Under the pieces are notes generated by a model. That model was not told the origin of the DNA, made no database searches, and saw nothing but the letters and a program-made list of their open reading frames with translations. A program made the position numbers and the translations under genes. Source: Asterionella formosa (Eukaryota). Taken from it: a DNA stretch of 38,409 nucleotides. The stretch spans positions 1 through 38,409 of the forward strand of contig NKIB01015078.1 of NCBI GenBank assembly GCA_002256025.1, read 5' to 3'. Positions 11,477 to 23,968 of this stretch are shown piece after piece (within the stretch, counting starts at the first letter, position 1; the number at the start of each line of letters is the position of its first letter).

Positions 11477-12693
11477 ATGTCAGCATCAGCGTCGTTCTCA
11501 AAGGGTTCGTTGGCAATTCACAAAAGTATCAACGCATTCCGAAAGATGCGAAAGTCCTTGGATCCATCTCTTTCAATTGGTTTTGTTCCCACTATGGGTG
11601 CACTTCATGCTGGTACGTACAAGGTGGCTGGCTTTGAGCGTGGATCCATCAACAGCGACAAATTTAGAATCATTGTTCTCTGTCTCTTACAAATTATGCG
11701 TCGTTTGGCGTGGAATATTCAAAACAAGGACACTTGTCGTTAATTCAACAGGCACGGGCCAACAATGATGTTGTTGTAGCATCTATTTTTGTAAATCCTA
11801 CTCAATTTGGTCAAGGAGAAGATTTGGACAAGTATCCACGGCAACTAGAACAAGATTGTGTGCTTTTGAGGCAAGAGGGAGTGGTGCGTGCATACAGGAT
11901 TGATACTAGAATGCATGAAACCAGGTGTTGACACAGCTCACTAACTTGCATGTCCGTGTGTTGTTCTTTACTACGAACACTCTTTGGTTATAATCCTAAT
12001 GATAGGAGCACTTGTTTGCCCCGGACAATGATACGATGTATGGACCAAACCATATCACCTTTGTTGAACCCACTGTAAGTAGACGAGAAGAAAGATAGCC
12101 ATCACTATCCAGGAAGAAACTCACACTATTTCCTTTTTTGAATTTAACCCATTCAGAACTTCGATACCATCCCTGAAGGGATCAGTCGTCCCGGTCACTT
12201 CCGAGGTGTTGCTACTATCGTGACGAAATTATTTCATATTGTTCAACCCACCCGAGCCTACTTTGGACAAAAGGATGCTGCCCAATCAGTGATGATTACT
12301 CGGCTTGTACAAGATTTAAACATGGAAGTCGAGGTTGTTGTATTGCCAACCATTCGAGATCCAGATCACCTTGCCATGAGTAGTCGGAATGCCTATTTGA
12401 ATGACGAAGAACGTGCTGCTGCGCCCATTCTATACAGGAGTATGATGGCAGCGCAAGATTTTTATCAATTGAGAGTGTTTGATAAACTCCCGGCGGACAA
12501 TTTGAAGGAAACGTGTATAGCCATGTTGATGAGCGAGCCTTTGATTAGTGAGATTGAATATGTGACGATTGATGATAGGGAGACTATGCAGCCGCTCACT
12601 GAAGTGGGCGAGGAAGGTTGCATTATTTCTTTAGCTGTCAAGATTGGGAATGTTCGACTGATTGATAACTTAGTGATCGAGTCCAGGTGGTAG
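11477..12693 (+). CDS. panC: pantoate--beta-alanine ligase (pantothenate synthetase); exons 11477-11612, 11729-11883, 12006-12074, 12157-12693
   Basis: [78 protein letters not shown]; three GT-AG introns keep the frame. Confidence 0.95.
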
Positions 12694-13516
12694 CATAGAC
12701 TAACTCTAATACCGAATGTTGCTTCAAGATGCAGAAGAAAATGCAACACGTAGACTAGTAACCTGTCGTTTGGAGGTGCAGTGATGAGTATGATCTTGCC
12801 GGTACATATGGCAGGCACCAGTACGACTCCTTTTCGGTGACTCTCACGTCCTCATAAGCATGATTATTTAAGTTTGAGACTCCTGCGATCAAAAAAGTGT
12901 CACAAGCAAAATGATCCTCCTGGCTCTGATGGGGCGTCGTGAAATCACCTGGTACCTGGTACCAGTGGTACCTGGTAGTAAGCAATACTAAACCGGCTGT
13001 CGGTACCAGGTACCTGGTACCTCAAATGGTGATACCGGCATACTTGTTACGAAAGGCATGAAAAACCGTCTGAAGACGGTTTGCACTTAGGCCAAAACAG
13101 CTAAATGAATTTATGAAATACATCACCTTAGTCCTAACATACGTACGTACAATTTGTCACCTGGCAGTGATCCAGGCCCATGGTATTTCGTCGTGGTGAT
13201 GTCATTCTGCTTTTTCCTCCGCCTGCCTTGCTTGTGCAGGCAGAGGCTGTCAACTCAGTTGTCCAGTGCTTGCTTTTGTTCTCTGATGAGCCTTTCTGAT
13301 AGCCAATCCATTATATCAGCTACTCCTGAGCACATATTAATTTCAATCTCGACAGGCAGCATAAATAGATTTCAACTGTCGCAAGAAAAGCCAAGCAATC
13401 ATAAATTTCCCTTCCTTGAAACTTTTGAGACTTTCCCACAGCAAGATTAATAGGCCAAACGCGCCTCATCCCAACCCAATCATTCCTGTTCAATCAACAT
13501 TGTGAACATCGAAATC

Positions 13517-15680
13517 ATGTCAATGCTTCATTTCGCGTCACGTCACGCCTTCCGTCGAGTCCTTGGTCGGCATAGAACACATGCTTTGGCCTCATTATGC
13601 GTTTTAAATCGGTTCACGTCAAGCTCTCTAAAAGAATACACTGAACGAGCTGACGAAGACCCCCATGGACACGGAAGCTCGGCATGTCACAACTATGTCG
13701 ATCCCTTTGACGAGAATGGTGACTCCACTGAAGAAGAATTGATTCATTTCCCATCAGACGACAGGGATGTACCAACTCCGGTTTTGCTCAATGCCAAGGA
13801 GCACGCCATTGGTTACCTTAGCAAGATTCTGAATGCCCGTGTTTACGAAGCTGCCATTGAGACAGATTTGCAGCATGCCAAGAACCTAAGTGCGGTGAGT
13901 GAAAAAAAATTGCTGGTCCAACTTGGAGATGTTTGTTACATATCCGTACCATGGTCAAAATAGCATTCAAAGCTCATTCATGTCCTCACGTCTTCACAGC
14001 ACCTCAAAAATATTGTTTTATTGAAGCGTGAAGACACCCAACCAGTCTTTTCCTTCAAAATTCGTGGCGCCTACAATAAAATGGCCCATTTAACTCAAGT
14101 CGAATTAAAAAAGGGTGTTGTCGCCTGCTCGGCTGGAAATCACGCTCAGGGGGTTGCCCTGTCGGCCAAAATGTTGGGCTGCAGAGCTGTTATTGTTATG
14201 CCTCTGGCGACGCCGTCGATTAAGGTAAATTCGGTACGTGTTCACGGTGGACCAACGGTGGAAGTTAGGTTGTTTGGTAACAACTACGATGAGGCTGCAG
14301 CAGAAGCATTTCGATTGATGAAGGAAGAATCGATGACTATGATTCACCCCTTTGATGATCCCTACGTGATTGCCGGGCAAGGTACTATTGGTGAGTGATG
14401 GCTTGGATGTCAGTCCTACCGTGGCCTATTTTCACATTGAAACTTACACATGAACACACAGGTATGGAAATCCTCAAGGAATGCGTCAGCAGACCCCTGG
14501 ACATTATTTTTGTCTGCTGCGGAGGCGGGGGTATGTTGGCTGGCATTGCAGCATATGTCAAGCGTGTCCGACCGACAGTCAAGGTAATCGGGGTAGAGGC
14601 TGCCGATGCCGCCGGCATGACGGAGTCCTTACGAGCTGGCGAAGTTGTCACGTTAGACAGTGTTGGGCTTTTCGCCGATGGTGCTGCTGTCAAGACAATT
14701 GGAAAAGAAACCTTTCGGGTGTGCAGTAAGTTGGTGGATGATATGGTTACGGTCAGTACCGATCAGATTTGTAATGCAATCAAGCTGAGTTACAATGATG
14801 CGTAAGTGTAAATGTGCTTGTGTGCTGCATAACATCGATTTTCTCGGTCCAGGACATTTCACTCACATTTGCTCATGTTAGTCGCGTCGTACTGGAGCCT
14901 GCTGGTGCCTTGGCTGTTGCCGGGATGAAAAAGTACGTGGAACACCATCACATCACAGGTCAAACTATTGTTGCTATTACGTCGGGTGCCAATATGGATT
15001 TTGATCGATTGCGTTTTGTATCGGAACGTGCCGACGAGAGTGAGCGTACATTGGCGGTTACAATTCCCGAAACGCCTGGATCATTCCGTGCCCTGTACAG
15101 CATGGTATGGCCTCGCAATGTTACTGAATTTTCTTATCGATTTGAAGCCCACGGAGCAGCGAACATTATGCTCTCCTTTCAACCCGTGACGAACATTGAA
15201 AATGACTTTGAGGGCATCATGGAAAAATTGAATGCCAACAATTTCCCTTGTATTGATTTGAGTAGCAACGAATTGGCAAAAGTCCATGTGAGGCATATGG
15301 CTGGTGGACGTTCTGCTGTGAGTCATGAACGCATCTTTCGATTTGACTTTCCAGAGGTGAGAAGTTTTGTGCATGGCTTGGTTTCGTAGGTATTGTGAGC
15401 TCAATAGATTCATTTTCTAATCTGTCTCTCTTTCAAGTCCCCTGGAGCTCTGCAACGTTTCTTGCTGAGCTTGGATATCGACTGGAATGTTTCCTTGTTT
15501 CATTACCGTAATCATGGGGACGATTTCGGTCGCGTCTTGGTTGGCATTCAAGTTCCCGACACCTGCGACCGCAGATTCAAATCATTTTTGGAGACTTTGG
15601 GATATACGTACGTCGAGGAAACTTCCAATCCAGTCTACAGGACGTTCTTGCGAAATAGTTCAGAAGAAGACGAAGAGTAG
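13517..15680 (+). CDS. ilvA: biosynthetic threonine dehydratase/deaminase with C-terminal ACT-like regulatory domains; exons 13517-13894, 14000-14390, 14462-14801, 14882-15356, 15438-15680
   Basis: [20 protein letters not shown] (PLP lysine), [66 protein letters not shown]; Arg-rich N-terminus suggests an organellar presequence. Confidence 0.96.
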
Positions 15681-15898
15681 AAGCAATGTACCGGTAGCAG
15701 GACTATAATGCAACTTCTCTTTTATACATATATGTTTTTATTCTTTATGCGCAAGTGCAATCAATCCTTGATTTTTGTTTCAGATTGAATAACTTCGCAT
15801 GTGTAGCAATGAGCGTGACTTGCAGTTGATCGTACCCGAAACCTGGATCAACACTAGATACGAATATTAGAGCGAACAAACTCACGCTTTTGAGTAGT

Positions 15899-16750
15899 TC
15901 ATTGTAACCGCGGTCCTGCCACAGCACTGTATCCTCCATCGACATAAATAGTTTGTCCAGTAATTCCCGAGCTGGTGGCCAAAAACGCCACTGTCTCTCC
16001 AACTTCTTCCACCGTAATGTTTCGTCTCAACATACTTCGATGCTGGACATCATCTTTGATGGCATCAAACTCCCGAATACCCCGAGCAGCCATGGTGGAC
16101 ACTGGTCCAGCACTTACGGCATTGACACGTATCCCAGTAGGCCCCAGTTCCAGTGCCAAGCCCCTCACCAACGCTTCAAGACTAGCCTTGACAGGACCCA
16201 TGACATTGTAGTGCGGTACTGCACGGGCAGCTCCAAGATACGACAGTGCCACCACGGAGGCCTCCTGATTTTGTGTTGTGTCCAGGAAGGGTTGTGCAAG
16301 GCGAATCAACTCCAAGAATGAATATGCCGAAATATCGTGCGCTAGTAGAAAGGAATCTCGACTTGTCGACAACAACGTTCCTTCCTTCAATGATGGTGCA
16401 TAGGCAACAGAATGGACCATGGCTTGTATGCGAAAATCATGATCGCCGAGAATATGAGGCAGCCGCTCTTGAAACAGAATCGGGATCTCGTGTTGAACAT
16501 CACAAGGCACGGCGAAAAGGTTGTCCGGATTGCTGGCAATTGCAATCAGCCCTTCTGCTGTCTTGGCAAAGCGCTCATTTTGATAGGTGAAGACGACTCT
16601 GAAATCCTTTTCTAGCAAGGATTGGACGCATGACCAGGCAATGGAGCGGTGGTTGGCCACGCCAAGAACAACAGCAGTTCGACTAGCAATATTTCCTAAT
16701 GCTGCCATGGTACAGGGAGGCGGACGTTGGTCTGCCCGAGTTGAAGTCAT
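15899..16750 (-). CDS. fabI: enoyl-ACP reductase (NADH), FabI-type SDR; likely start 16708 or 16750
   Basis: GVANHRSIAW, VHSVAYAP, DISAYSF, LSYLGAARAVPHYNVMGPVKASLE (catalytic Y..K), RVNAVSAGPVSTMAARGI, ITGQTIYVDGG; intronless. Confidence 0.9.
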   Translation of the reverse strand: MTSTRADQRPPPCTMAALGNIASRTAVVLGVANHRSIAWSCVQSLLEKDFRVVFTYQNERFAKTAEGLIAIASNPDNLFAVPCDVQHEIPILFQERLPHILGDHDFRIQAMVHSVAYAPSLKEGTLLSTSRDSFLLAHDISAYSFLELIRLAQPFLDTTQNQEASVVALSYLGAARAVPHYNVMGPVKASLEALVRGLALELGPTGIRVNAVSAGPVSTMAARGIREFDAIKDDVQHRSMLRRNITVEEVGETVAFLATSSGITGQTIYVDGGYSAVAGPRLQ

Positions 16751-17203
16751 TCGCCTGTGTAAGTTTTCTACTGACTAAACTGGTACCGATAGCTAGGAAT
16801 CTTTCATAAGATGTCGGTTAAACCTGCACCGTAGAAGATGAAGACTACCTGGTACCGGTAAACACGAATGGCACGACGATACACACCAGTAGATTGGCTG
16901 GGATACTACTACCTTTGGCCCTTGGGACTCCTTAGCGCTGGCATACCCTTGGGAGTCCCTGGTACCGGTAGCTAGACCGGTATCTGGTCACTTTTTCTCT
17001 ACGAATATGAACATTCCAGTAAATCCTTCAACTATGAATACGACTATTCCCGCTTATGCACTATCTCACATCATCCCCGCCTGGCAAACTTCCAACTTGA
17101 TGGTTAAGGAGAAGGAATGACAGGCGAAAGCGAAAGATTCAGGAGCCCCTTCTAGTCCCAATTCGCTGACCAATTTCAGTTTTATTTGATTTAGTGCTGC
17201 GCA

Positions 17204-20200
17204 ATGACGCAATCGAATTCATCAGAGGAATCTTTCGGGGCAAGTGATGGGGAATTCCATGGAGACAGTAATAGCGAACTCGCCGAAGATGACAAAACAT
17301 GTGATTCAGCAAGTGAAGTGAGCTCACTCAGCAGCACAAAGTCATCTGGAAAGAGCGCCGTACTTGATTTCACAAAATTGGGACTCCACGGCAGGTCTTG
17401 TGAAACAGCTATACTCCTTCAAGCCTATCATAGAATTGCCATGGAAGGCAGCCGCTCCGAACTTATTCTGGTCAAGGGGGAATCTGGTATAGGGAAATCT
17501 GCACTCGTGGAGGATATGCGAAGACCAGTAACCTCAGAAGAGCCCTTTGGAAGATACATACAAGGAAAGTTTGATCAGCTGAGGCAAATGGAACCTCTCA
17601 GTGCTTTGGTTGCCGCGTTTTCGGACCTTTGCGATTTGATCCTAGTCAGTGACAATCTTCGTGAGTTCAGAATTGCTATCAAGAATGCATTGGGCGATGA
17701 TGTATGTCTACTGGGAAATGTTATTCCAAATCTTGTCAGAATCACCTCCGACCATTCATATGACACATCTTTATCGGATGAACCCGAAATGCCGTCGTCC
17801 TCAGTGAAGCTTGCATCAGTCTTCAGAGCGTTTTTGAGAGCAGTATCATCTCCTTCCTCCCCTATTTTGATACACCTTGATGACATACACTGTACGTTCA
17901 TTCGAAGTCAGAATGCAATTTGGGATCATTGTTCTCACCCTTTTTTGATTTTTTACAATTGAAACTTACTATTCAGGGGCGGATGTTCAAAGCCAGGATA
18001 TCATTAAGGCACTAGTATTAGACCCAGATATTAAGAATGTTCTGATTGTGTGCACATACAGAAACAGTGAAAATGGCGAGAAGGTACGACAACACATATG
18101 TGGCAACCAAGATGACCTCGAAGGCATCTGTGTGACAGAGATTGAGCTAGGGAACCTTTCCCAGGAAGCAGTGATGTCCATGATCACCGATCTGCTGGAA
18201 GTCAGCGACGGTGATGTGCAAGCACTATGCACTTTCGTTGGACAAAAGACTGCGTCAAACCCATACTTCATATGTCAGTTCCTTGAGCTTCTCCAAAGTC
18301 AAAGGTTGCTACGATATTCTAGCAAACTTTCTGCCTGGCAATTCGACATGATGAACATTAAAAATGAAACCGAAAGTAGCGAAAATGTGGTGGATATTGT
18401 CTTTCAAAGAATCACTGGTCTGAGTCCCCTTGTTCAAGGAGTGATACAACTTGCAAGTTGTCTGGGTCACAAATTCGACAGTGTGCTACTGGAAGCGATT
18501 GTATTTTCCGAGCTTGACAATGCAGCCGAACAGTCCTGGCTGACCCGAAACCCGGCCCTTATGAGTGACTATGTTTCGCATGCCTCTCTTAACTCAACTG
18601 CAATTATTCGAACAGTCTTGTCATCTGCCATGCGAAAAGGGTTCATTGATACAATCGGAGAAGTGGGCTGGTATAAATTTACTCATGATAGGTACGTACG
18701 TTCCATTTTTTCAAGCATCACAATTCCTTTGATGCTCCCTCTCACGCCGTAGATTCTATAGGATTCAATCTGGTTTCTACGTCATGATCCCAGCAGTCGA
18801 ACGCGAACGCCTTCACTTTAGGATTGGGATGCGTCTACGTCAAGACATTGACGCCATTGAAGCCGTCGAGGCTAGTCGATCGCAATCGAGACTTGTCGAC
18901 TCCGTTCTTTTCATTGCTGTTGACCAACTCAATCGAGGGGCAGAACATGTAGGGGACGCATCAGAAAGGATTGCTATTGCCAGACTTAACTTAACGGCAG
19001 CCGAAGCAGCCATCAACATTTTAACATTTATTTCGGCGAGCAAATTTCTTAGGGCTGGGCTTATGCTGTTAGATCAAGGCAAATGGGAGACACAGCATGA
19101 GTTGACCCGTAATCTTTCCATAAAATTGGCGCATTCAGAACTTTGTTTAGGAAATTTCGACGAAAGCATGACAGCTGCAGACGAAGTCATCAGAAATGCT
19201 CAAGGTCCCAGTAAAGAAGATCGTATGAAGGCTTATGTGATTAAGATCCAGTGCCTCGGTGGAAAAGGCAAACTAAATGATGCCATCGATCTCGGGTTTT
19301 ACGCCTTGAACCTTCTCGGAGAGACCTTTCGCGTTCATCCCTGGAAAATGTACCGCTCTCTTTCTGATCGTTACCGAATCCAATGGATGATTCAAGGCAA
19401 ATCTGACGATGAGTTGATGAATCTACCCCTCATGGAAGATGAAGATAAACTTGTTGCAATGCGAATTCTTGCTTTTATTGTAAGCTATTCCTACTTTGAT
19501 CCTGATCCCACAAATGCCATCGTCAGCTCCTTCAGAATGGTCGAGTTATCTTTGAAGTATGGCAAAGCGCCGAGTACTCCGTTGTGTATCGTCTGTTTCG
19601 GTATATTTACATCACTACGAGGAAATTGTGAAAAGGTGTACCGCTACGGGAACTTGGCGCTTCTTATGCAGGAGCTGCTACTTGCAAAGGAGTTCTCTGT
19701 TGTCACTACGGTTCTGGTATATTGCTTTGCTCGTCACTGGAAGCATCCTCTTTGCGATGGTCTCGGTCCACTCCTACGCAGCTACAACATCGCCGCAGAA
19801 GCGGGGAACGTTGTTACCAATATGAATGACAGGGGAAACGATTATGCCTCCATGGCATTACACTGCGGAAACGTCGCGCTAGGGATTATTGAAGAAGAAG
19901 TACGAACCCTTGCTCACAAAATCGCTGTGACATCCGATAGCGATGTCGATGAAGCAATAATACGGGTGCCTTTTTGGCAAGCGCAGCTCTTGCCACATCT
20001 CCAAGCAACGCTAAACCTAATTGGAGAGTCCGAAAATGCAATTATATTGACTGGTGAAGTTATGGACCAGGATCAGTTGACTAAAGAAGCCAAAGCAACA
20101 GACAATACACTTGCTTCCAACTCCATTCTAATTAATCGCTACTATCTTGCTACCATTTTTGAGGAGTACGAAGCAGCCGAGGCATGTATTCCTGAACTTA

Positions 20201-20799
20201 TCCCAATATTTGGATTCGCAAGCTCCAGGTTGCATTACAACTACTGGAACCTGAACTTCTATCGTGGTTTGAATTGCTACGGCGTATTCCGGATAACCAA
20301 GGAAAAGAAATACCTCCGCCAAGCGCACCGAATTACTAAACAGCTATCGAAATCGCATAATCTGGGGTATCTCAATTGTACACCAATGTTTTTGCTTCTG
20401 TCTGCGGAGTCCAAAGCATTATCTGAAGAGTTGGAAGAGGCACACAAACTCTATGATAGAGCCATACTTTCTGCAGCAACGGTTGGCTGCATGCACTTTG
20501 GAGCCATAGCCAACGAAAAATGTGGAGCAATGTTCTTCAGCCATAATCAGCCAATAATGGCAGAAATCTACCTAAGACGGGCAATTGACTTAATGTTGGA
20601 GTGGGGAGCCCATGCAAAGGTTGAGCAAATTGAAGAGAAGTACAGATCGCTCCTTTTCGGAGCTCCCAATGAGGTTACCCTTCAAGTTGGAATGCCTAAG
20701 CTGTCTAGAGTCTCTCACTTTCGACCTCAAGAAGTGCTTCAAGACATTCACATAGAGCACAGCAACTCTGTCACTATACCAAGTGCCATGCTATCATAG
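17204..20799 (+). CDS. STAND-class P-loop NTPase (AAA_16-like) with C-terminal helical/TPR-like region; exons 17204-17891, 17977-18691, 18762-20799
   Basis: Walker A GESGIGKS, GKFDQ, Walker B IHLDDIH|WAD, KTASNPYFI (GxP-like), FTHDR|IQ, DQLNRG, C-terminal EWGAHAKV; two GT-AG introns join the three ORFs in frame. Confidence 0.88.
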
Positions 20800-21039
20800 G
20801 GCACAATACAAGTAATCTGTATTATAATCAAGATGCTATGAAACTGGATTTGTGTCTAGCATATTTAGAACTACAAGTTGCCCCTCCCACATAGAATACA
20901 TTTCAACCCCATTGAATTCGCCCACCCTGAAAATGTGAAGCAAAACATATCAGACCACACTATCTTGGAAGCGAATTAAAAACAAGAGAGAAAGTAATGA
21001 AATAGAAGAGAACCTACAATGAAGAAACCTCGAAGTTAT

Positions 21040-22200
21040 ATTGGGGTCCAAAATTGGTATCTGTTGCTACCAATTTGGATCCAAATCAGTATCAATCTTA
21101 ATTTTAGAACCAATTTGGTATTCACTGCTGTTTTTAGGGTCAGGGTTAAATATTGCTATTTACTTGAGAGAGAAGTCATAGATTTTTAAACCTGAAAGGA
21201 GTTGGACTTATATAATTTTTTTCAAAAGTCGCAGATTAACCTGAAAGGAGTTCGACTTGTTGAAAAATGTATATATATATATATATCGATATATATAATC
21301 AGCAACAAAGGTGCTAGGCAGTGGATCGAAGGATCACAGTGAATTTAGGAGAATGTTGTTGGATAGATCTGACTCTACTAGTATTTCCAAATAAAGTGAG
21401 CTTATAGAATCAACTTTTAGCAAACCAAACAAACAAAACTAAGTCATGTATGAGTAAATCGACTCATGTTCATGACAAGACTCAAAGATTGATTCATATA
21501 TGAGTAAAGATTGATTCATGTTCATGACTGGGCTAATTTGGAGATGCAAACAAGATTCATTTGACTTGTCTGTTTCAACTTATTTGGATCCAAATCGGTA
21601 TCAATTCTAATTATACTACCAACTTGGTATTTATTGTTGGATTTAGGTTTGGGGCTTAAATGCTGCTACCAATTTGGATCCAAATTGGTTTCACTTTCAA
21701 TTTACTGCCAATTTGGTTTCCAAATTGGTATCTTTTGTTGGGTTTAGTTTTAGGATTTAAAAGTTGCTACCAATTTGGATCAAAATTGGTATCGATTTTT
21801 TATTTTTACTACCAATTTGGTCTCCAAATCGGTATCGATTTTAATTCTACTACCAACTTTGATGATAGTACCAATGTGGGTGTACCAATTCAGAGATACC
21901 AACTTGGTAATACCAATCTGGGAGTCCCAAGGTGTTGTGACCAATTAGGAGCTGCTAATTTGGCACTACAAATTTGTCGATTCCAGTTTGGAAGTACCAA
22001 TTGGGAGTAATAATGATGATGGCAATGTCACTGACTGTGTCATAGTAATTTTAATGTAGAATCTTTGTCCCAAAAGTTTGAGAGGCTTGATACCAATTGG
22101 GGTCAAAATGAGTGTAGAAACTACCAATTGGGTTCATAAGTTCTGTGGTCAAGCAACCAAACTTCTGGGACATCAAATTCAATTCAGCTTTCCAACTGGG
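21040..22200. repeat. degenerate array of ACCAATTTGGATCCAAATTGGT palindromes, interrupted by a segment with a (TA)n run and short direct repeats; probably a non-autonomous element or satellite
   Basis: Perfect 22-bp palindrome at 21668-21689, variants near 21068, 21584, 21707, 21768 and 21810, many TACCAA half-sites to ~22130; (TA)n at ~21270-21296; AACCTGAAAGGAGTT twice (21189, 21238). Confidence 0.8.
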
Positions 22201-22783
22201 GTACTTCTCAGCTCCTGACATGTTTCACAGTTAAATTTTAAAACACATTATTATATTCTAGAAATTGCACTTGTGCCTGTATAAACAACCATGCCAAACA
22301 ATTCATGCCTGTTTCTTCTGTACCCAGCCCAAGGCGCCCATGACCACATTTCCATATAGGAGTGAGGTGGAGCCAAGTTTCATCTTGCACTCCTTCTCTC
22401 CTATTCTGAAACCATGTATTATATACTATGTCAATCATTTCCACCCACAAACTTTTTTGTTATTATATTTTTATTTCTCTTGCAAAAAATAAGTCTTTCT
22501 CTCCACTCTCTCGTCCTTGAACCAACAGTTGAGATCATGCACAGTGTATCCAAGGATCGATTGCCTTCTGGTACTCCTACATAGTAAACATAAATGTACC
22601 TGTCTATCATTATGGTAGAGAGAGCAGTGTGAAATAAAAACGGGAAATTTTATATATAATAGCTCACCCAATTGTAATTAATAGAGGTCAAATCATTTAC
22701 CGTATTATATAATTTGTAAATGTTTTGTCATTATACTTAGCTTTTGCACTTTTGACATTGACCTTCCACTGCACTGTACGACA

Positions 22784-23809
22784 ATGCGTTTCAGCCGTCG
22801 TGCCCTAGCAACTGCCTCTACATTCTTGGTTGGAGCATCTACTAAGCAACATACGACGGCATTTATTCCTACTAGAGCAAGGCACTTCGGAACGACGGCG
22901 AAACGAAGCACCATGATGACCACATCAGGAGCGCTCCACGCTCGTGTTGGTTTGCTTCAATTTGCAGTTGGAGAAGACAAAGCTGTCAATCACGAGACAG
23001 CAGCAAAGTTTCTAAAGAAAGCAGCTGATCAAAACGTGCAATTAGCGGTACTTCCAGAAGTGTGGAATTCTCCATATGCTACTGCTGCGTTTCGGGCATA
23101 CGCGGAAGTTTTGCCCGACATTGGAGCAACGGACGTTGCCAAGTCAACATCGGCCACACTTCTGCAGCAGCATGCAAGGGAATCCAGCATGTGGATCGTC
23201 GGAGGAAGCATTCCAGAAATTGATGGAGATAAGATATACAATACCTGCCTCGTCTTCGACCCACACGGCCAAGTCGTTGCCAAGCACCGCAAGATGCACC
23301 TATTCGACATTGACGTCCCGGGAGGAATCAGATTCAAGGAAAGTGACACACTCTCGCCGGGAAACACTATGTCTGCCTTCCAATGGGGAGAGTTTGGAAT
23401 GGTTGGTGTCGGAATCTGTTACGACATTAGATTCCCAGAATACGCCCTGTTGTTGAATCAGCAACACCACTGCAACTTGCTGATTTATCCCGGTGCCTTC
23501 AATATGACCACCGGTCCTGCTCATTGGGAGTTACTGCAACGTGCTCGTGCCGTTGACAATCAATGCTACGTCCTGACAGCTAGTCCAGCTCGAGTGGCGG
23601 CTCCCGAAACGCCTGGCAACTATCCGCACTATACCGCGTGGGGCCACTCAACTGTGGTGTCGCCATGGGGAGACGTGGTTGCCACGTGTGACGAGCAGGA
23701 AGCCTTGGTTGTGGCTGATTTGGAATTGGGAAAAGTTTCGGTCATGAGGCAGTCAATTCCTACCATGCAACAAAAGCGAAGGGACATTTATAAATTGGAA
23801 GAAGCGTGA
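22784..23809 (+). CDS. nitrilase-family omega-amidase (NIT2-like) with N-terminal targeting extension
   Basis: Catalytic E-K-C triad: LPEVWNSPY, HRKMHLFDID, GICYDIRFPE; YPGAFNMTTGPAHWELLQRARAVDNQ, AWGHS; intronless. Confidence 0.92.
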   Translation: MRFSRRALATASTFLVGASTKQHTTAFIPTRARHFGTTAKRSTMMTTSGALHARVGLLQFAVGEDKAVNHETAAKFLKKAADQNVQLAVLPEVWNSPYATAAFRAYAEVLPDIGATDVAKSTSATLLQQHARESSMWIVGGSIPEIDGDKIYNTCLVFDPHGQVVAKHRKMHLFDIDVPGGIRFKESDTLSPGNTMSAFQWGEFGMVGVGICYDIRFPEYALLLNQQHHCNLLIYPGAFNMTTGPAHWELLQRARAVDNQCYVLTASPARVAAPETPGNYPHYTAWGHSTVVSPWGDVVATCDEQEALVVADLELGKVSVMRQSIPTMQQKRRDIYKLEEA

Positions 23810-23968
23810 GACTCGGAAGACTGATAATTAATTTCTTTTAATTTGGAACACCGCATAAAACGCCGCTGTCGTTCGGTACAACTTCACGTCTACAAGGGTT
23901 TATTATGTTTGCTCGCAAGGATATTGTTTCAACGTGTATGCGGTTAATTTTGATTGTGATAAGAATCT

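Noticed and set aside
21580..21860. CRISPR-like array of palindromic repeats
   Set aside because: Eukaryotic context, degenerate repeats, irregular and mutually similar low-complexity linkers, no cas genes.
21660..22010. 116-aa repetitive ORF
   Set aside because: By-product of the palindrome array.
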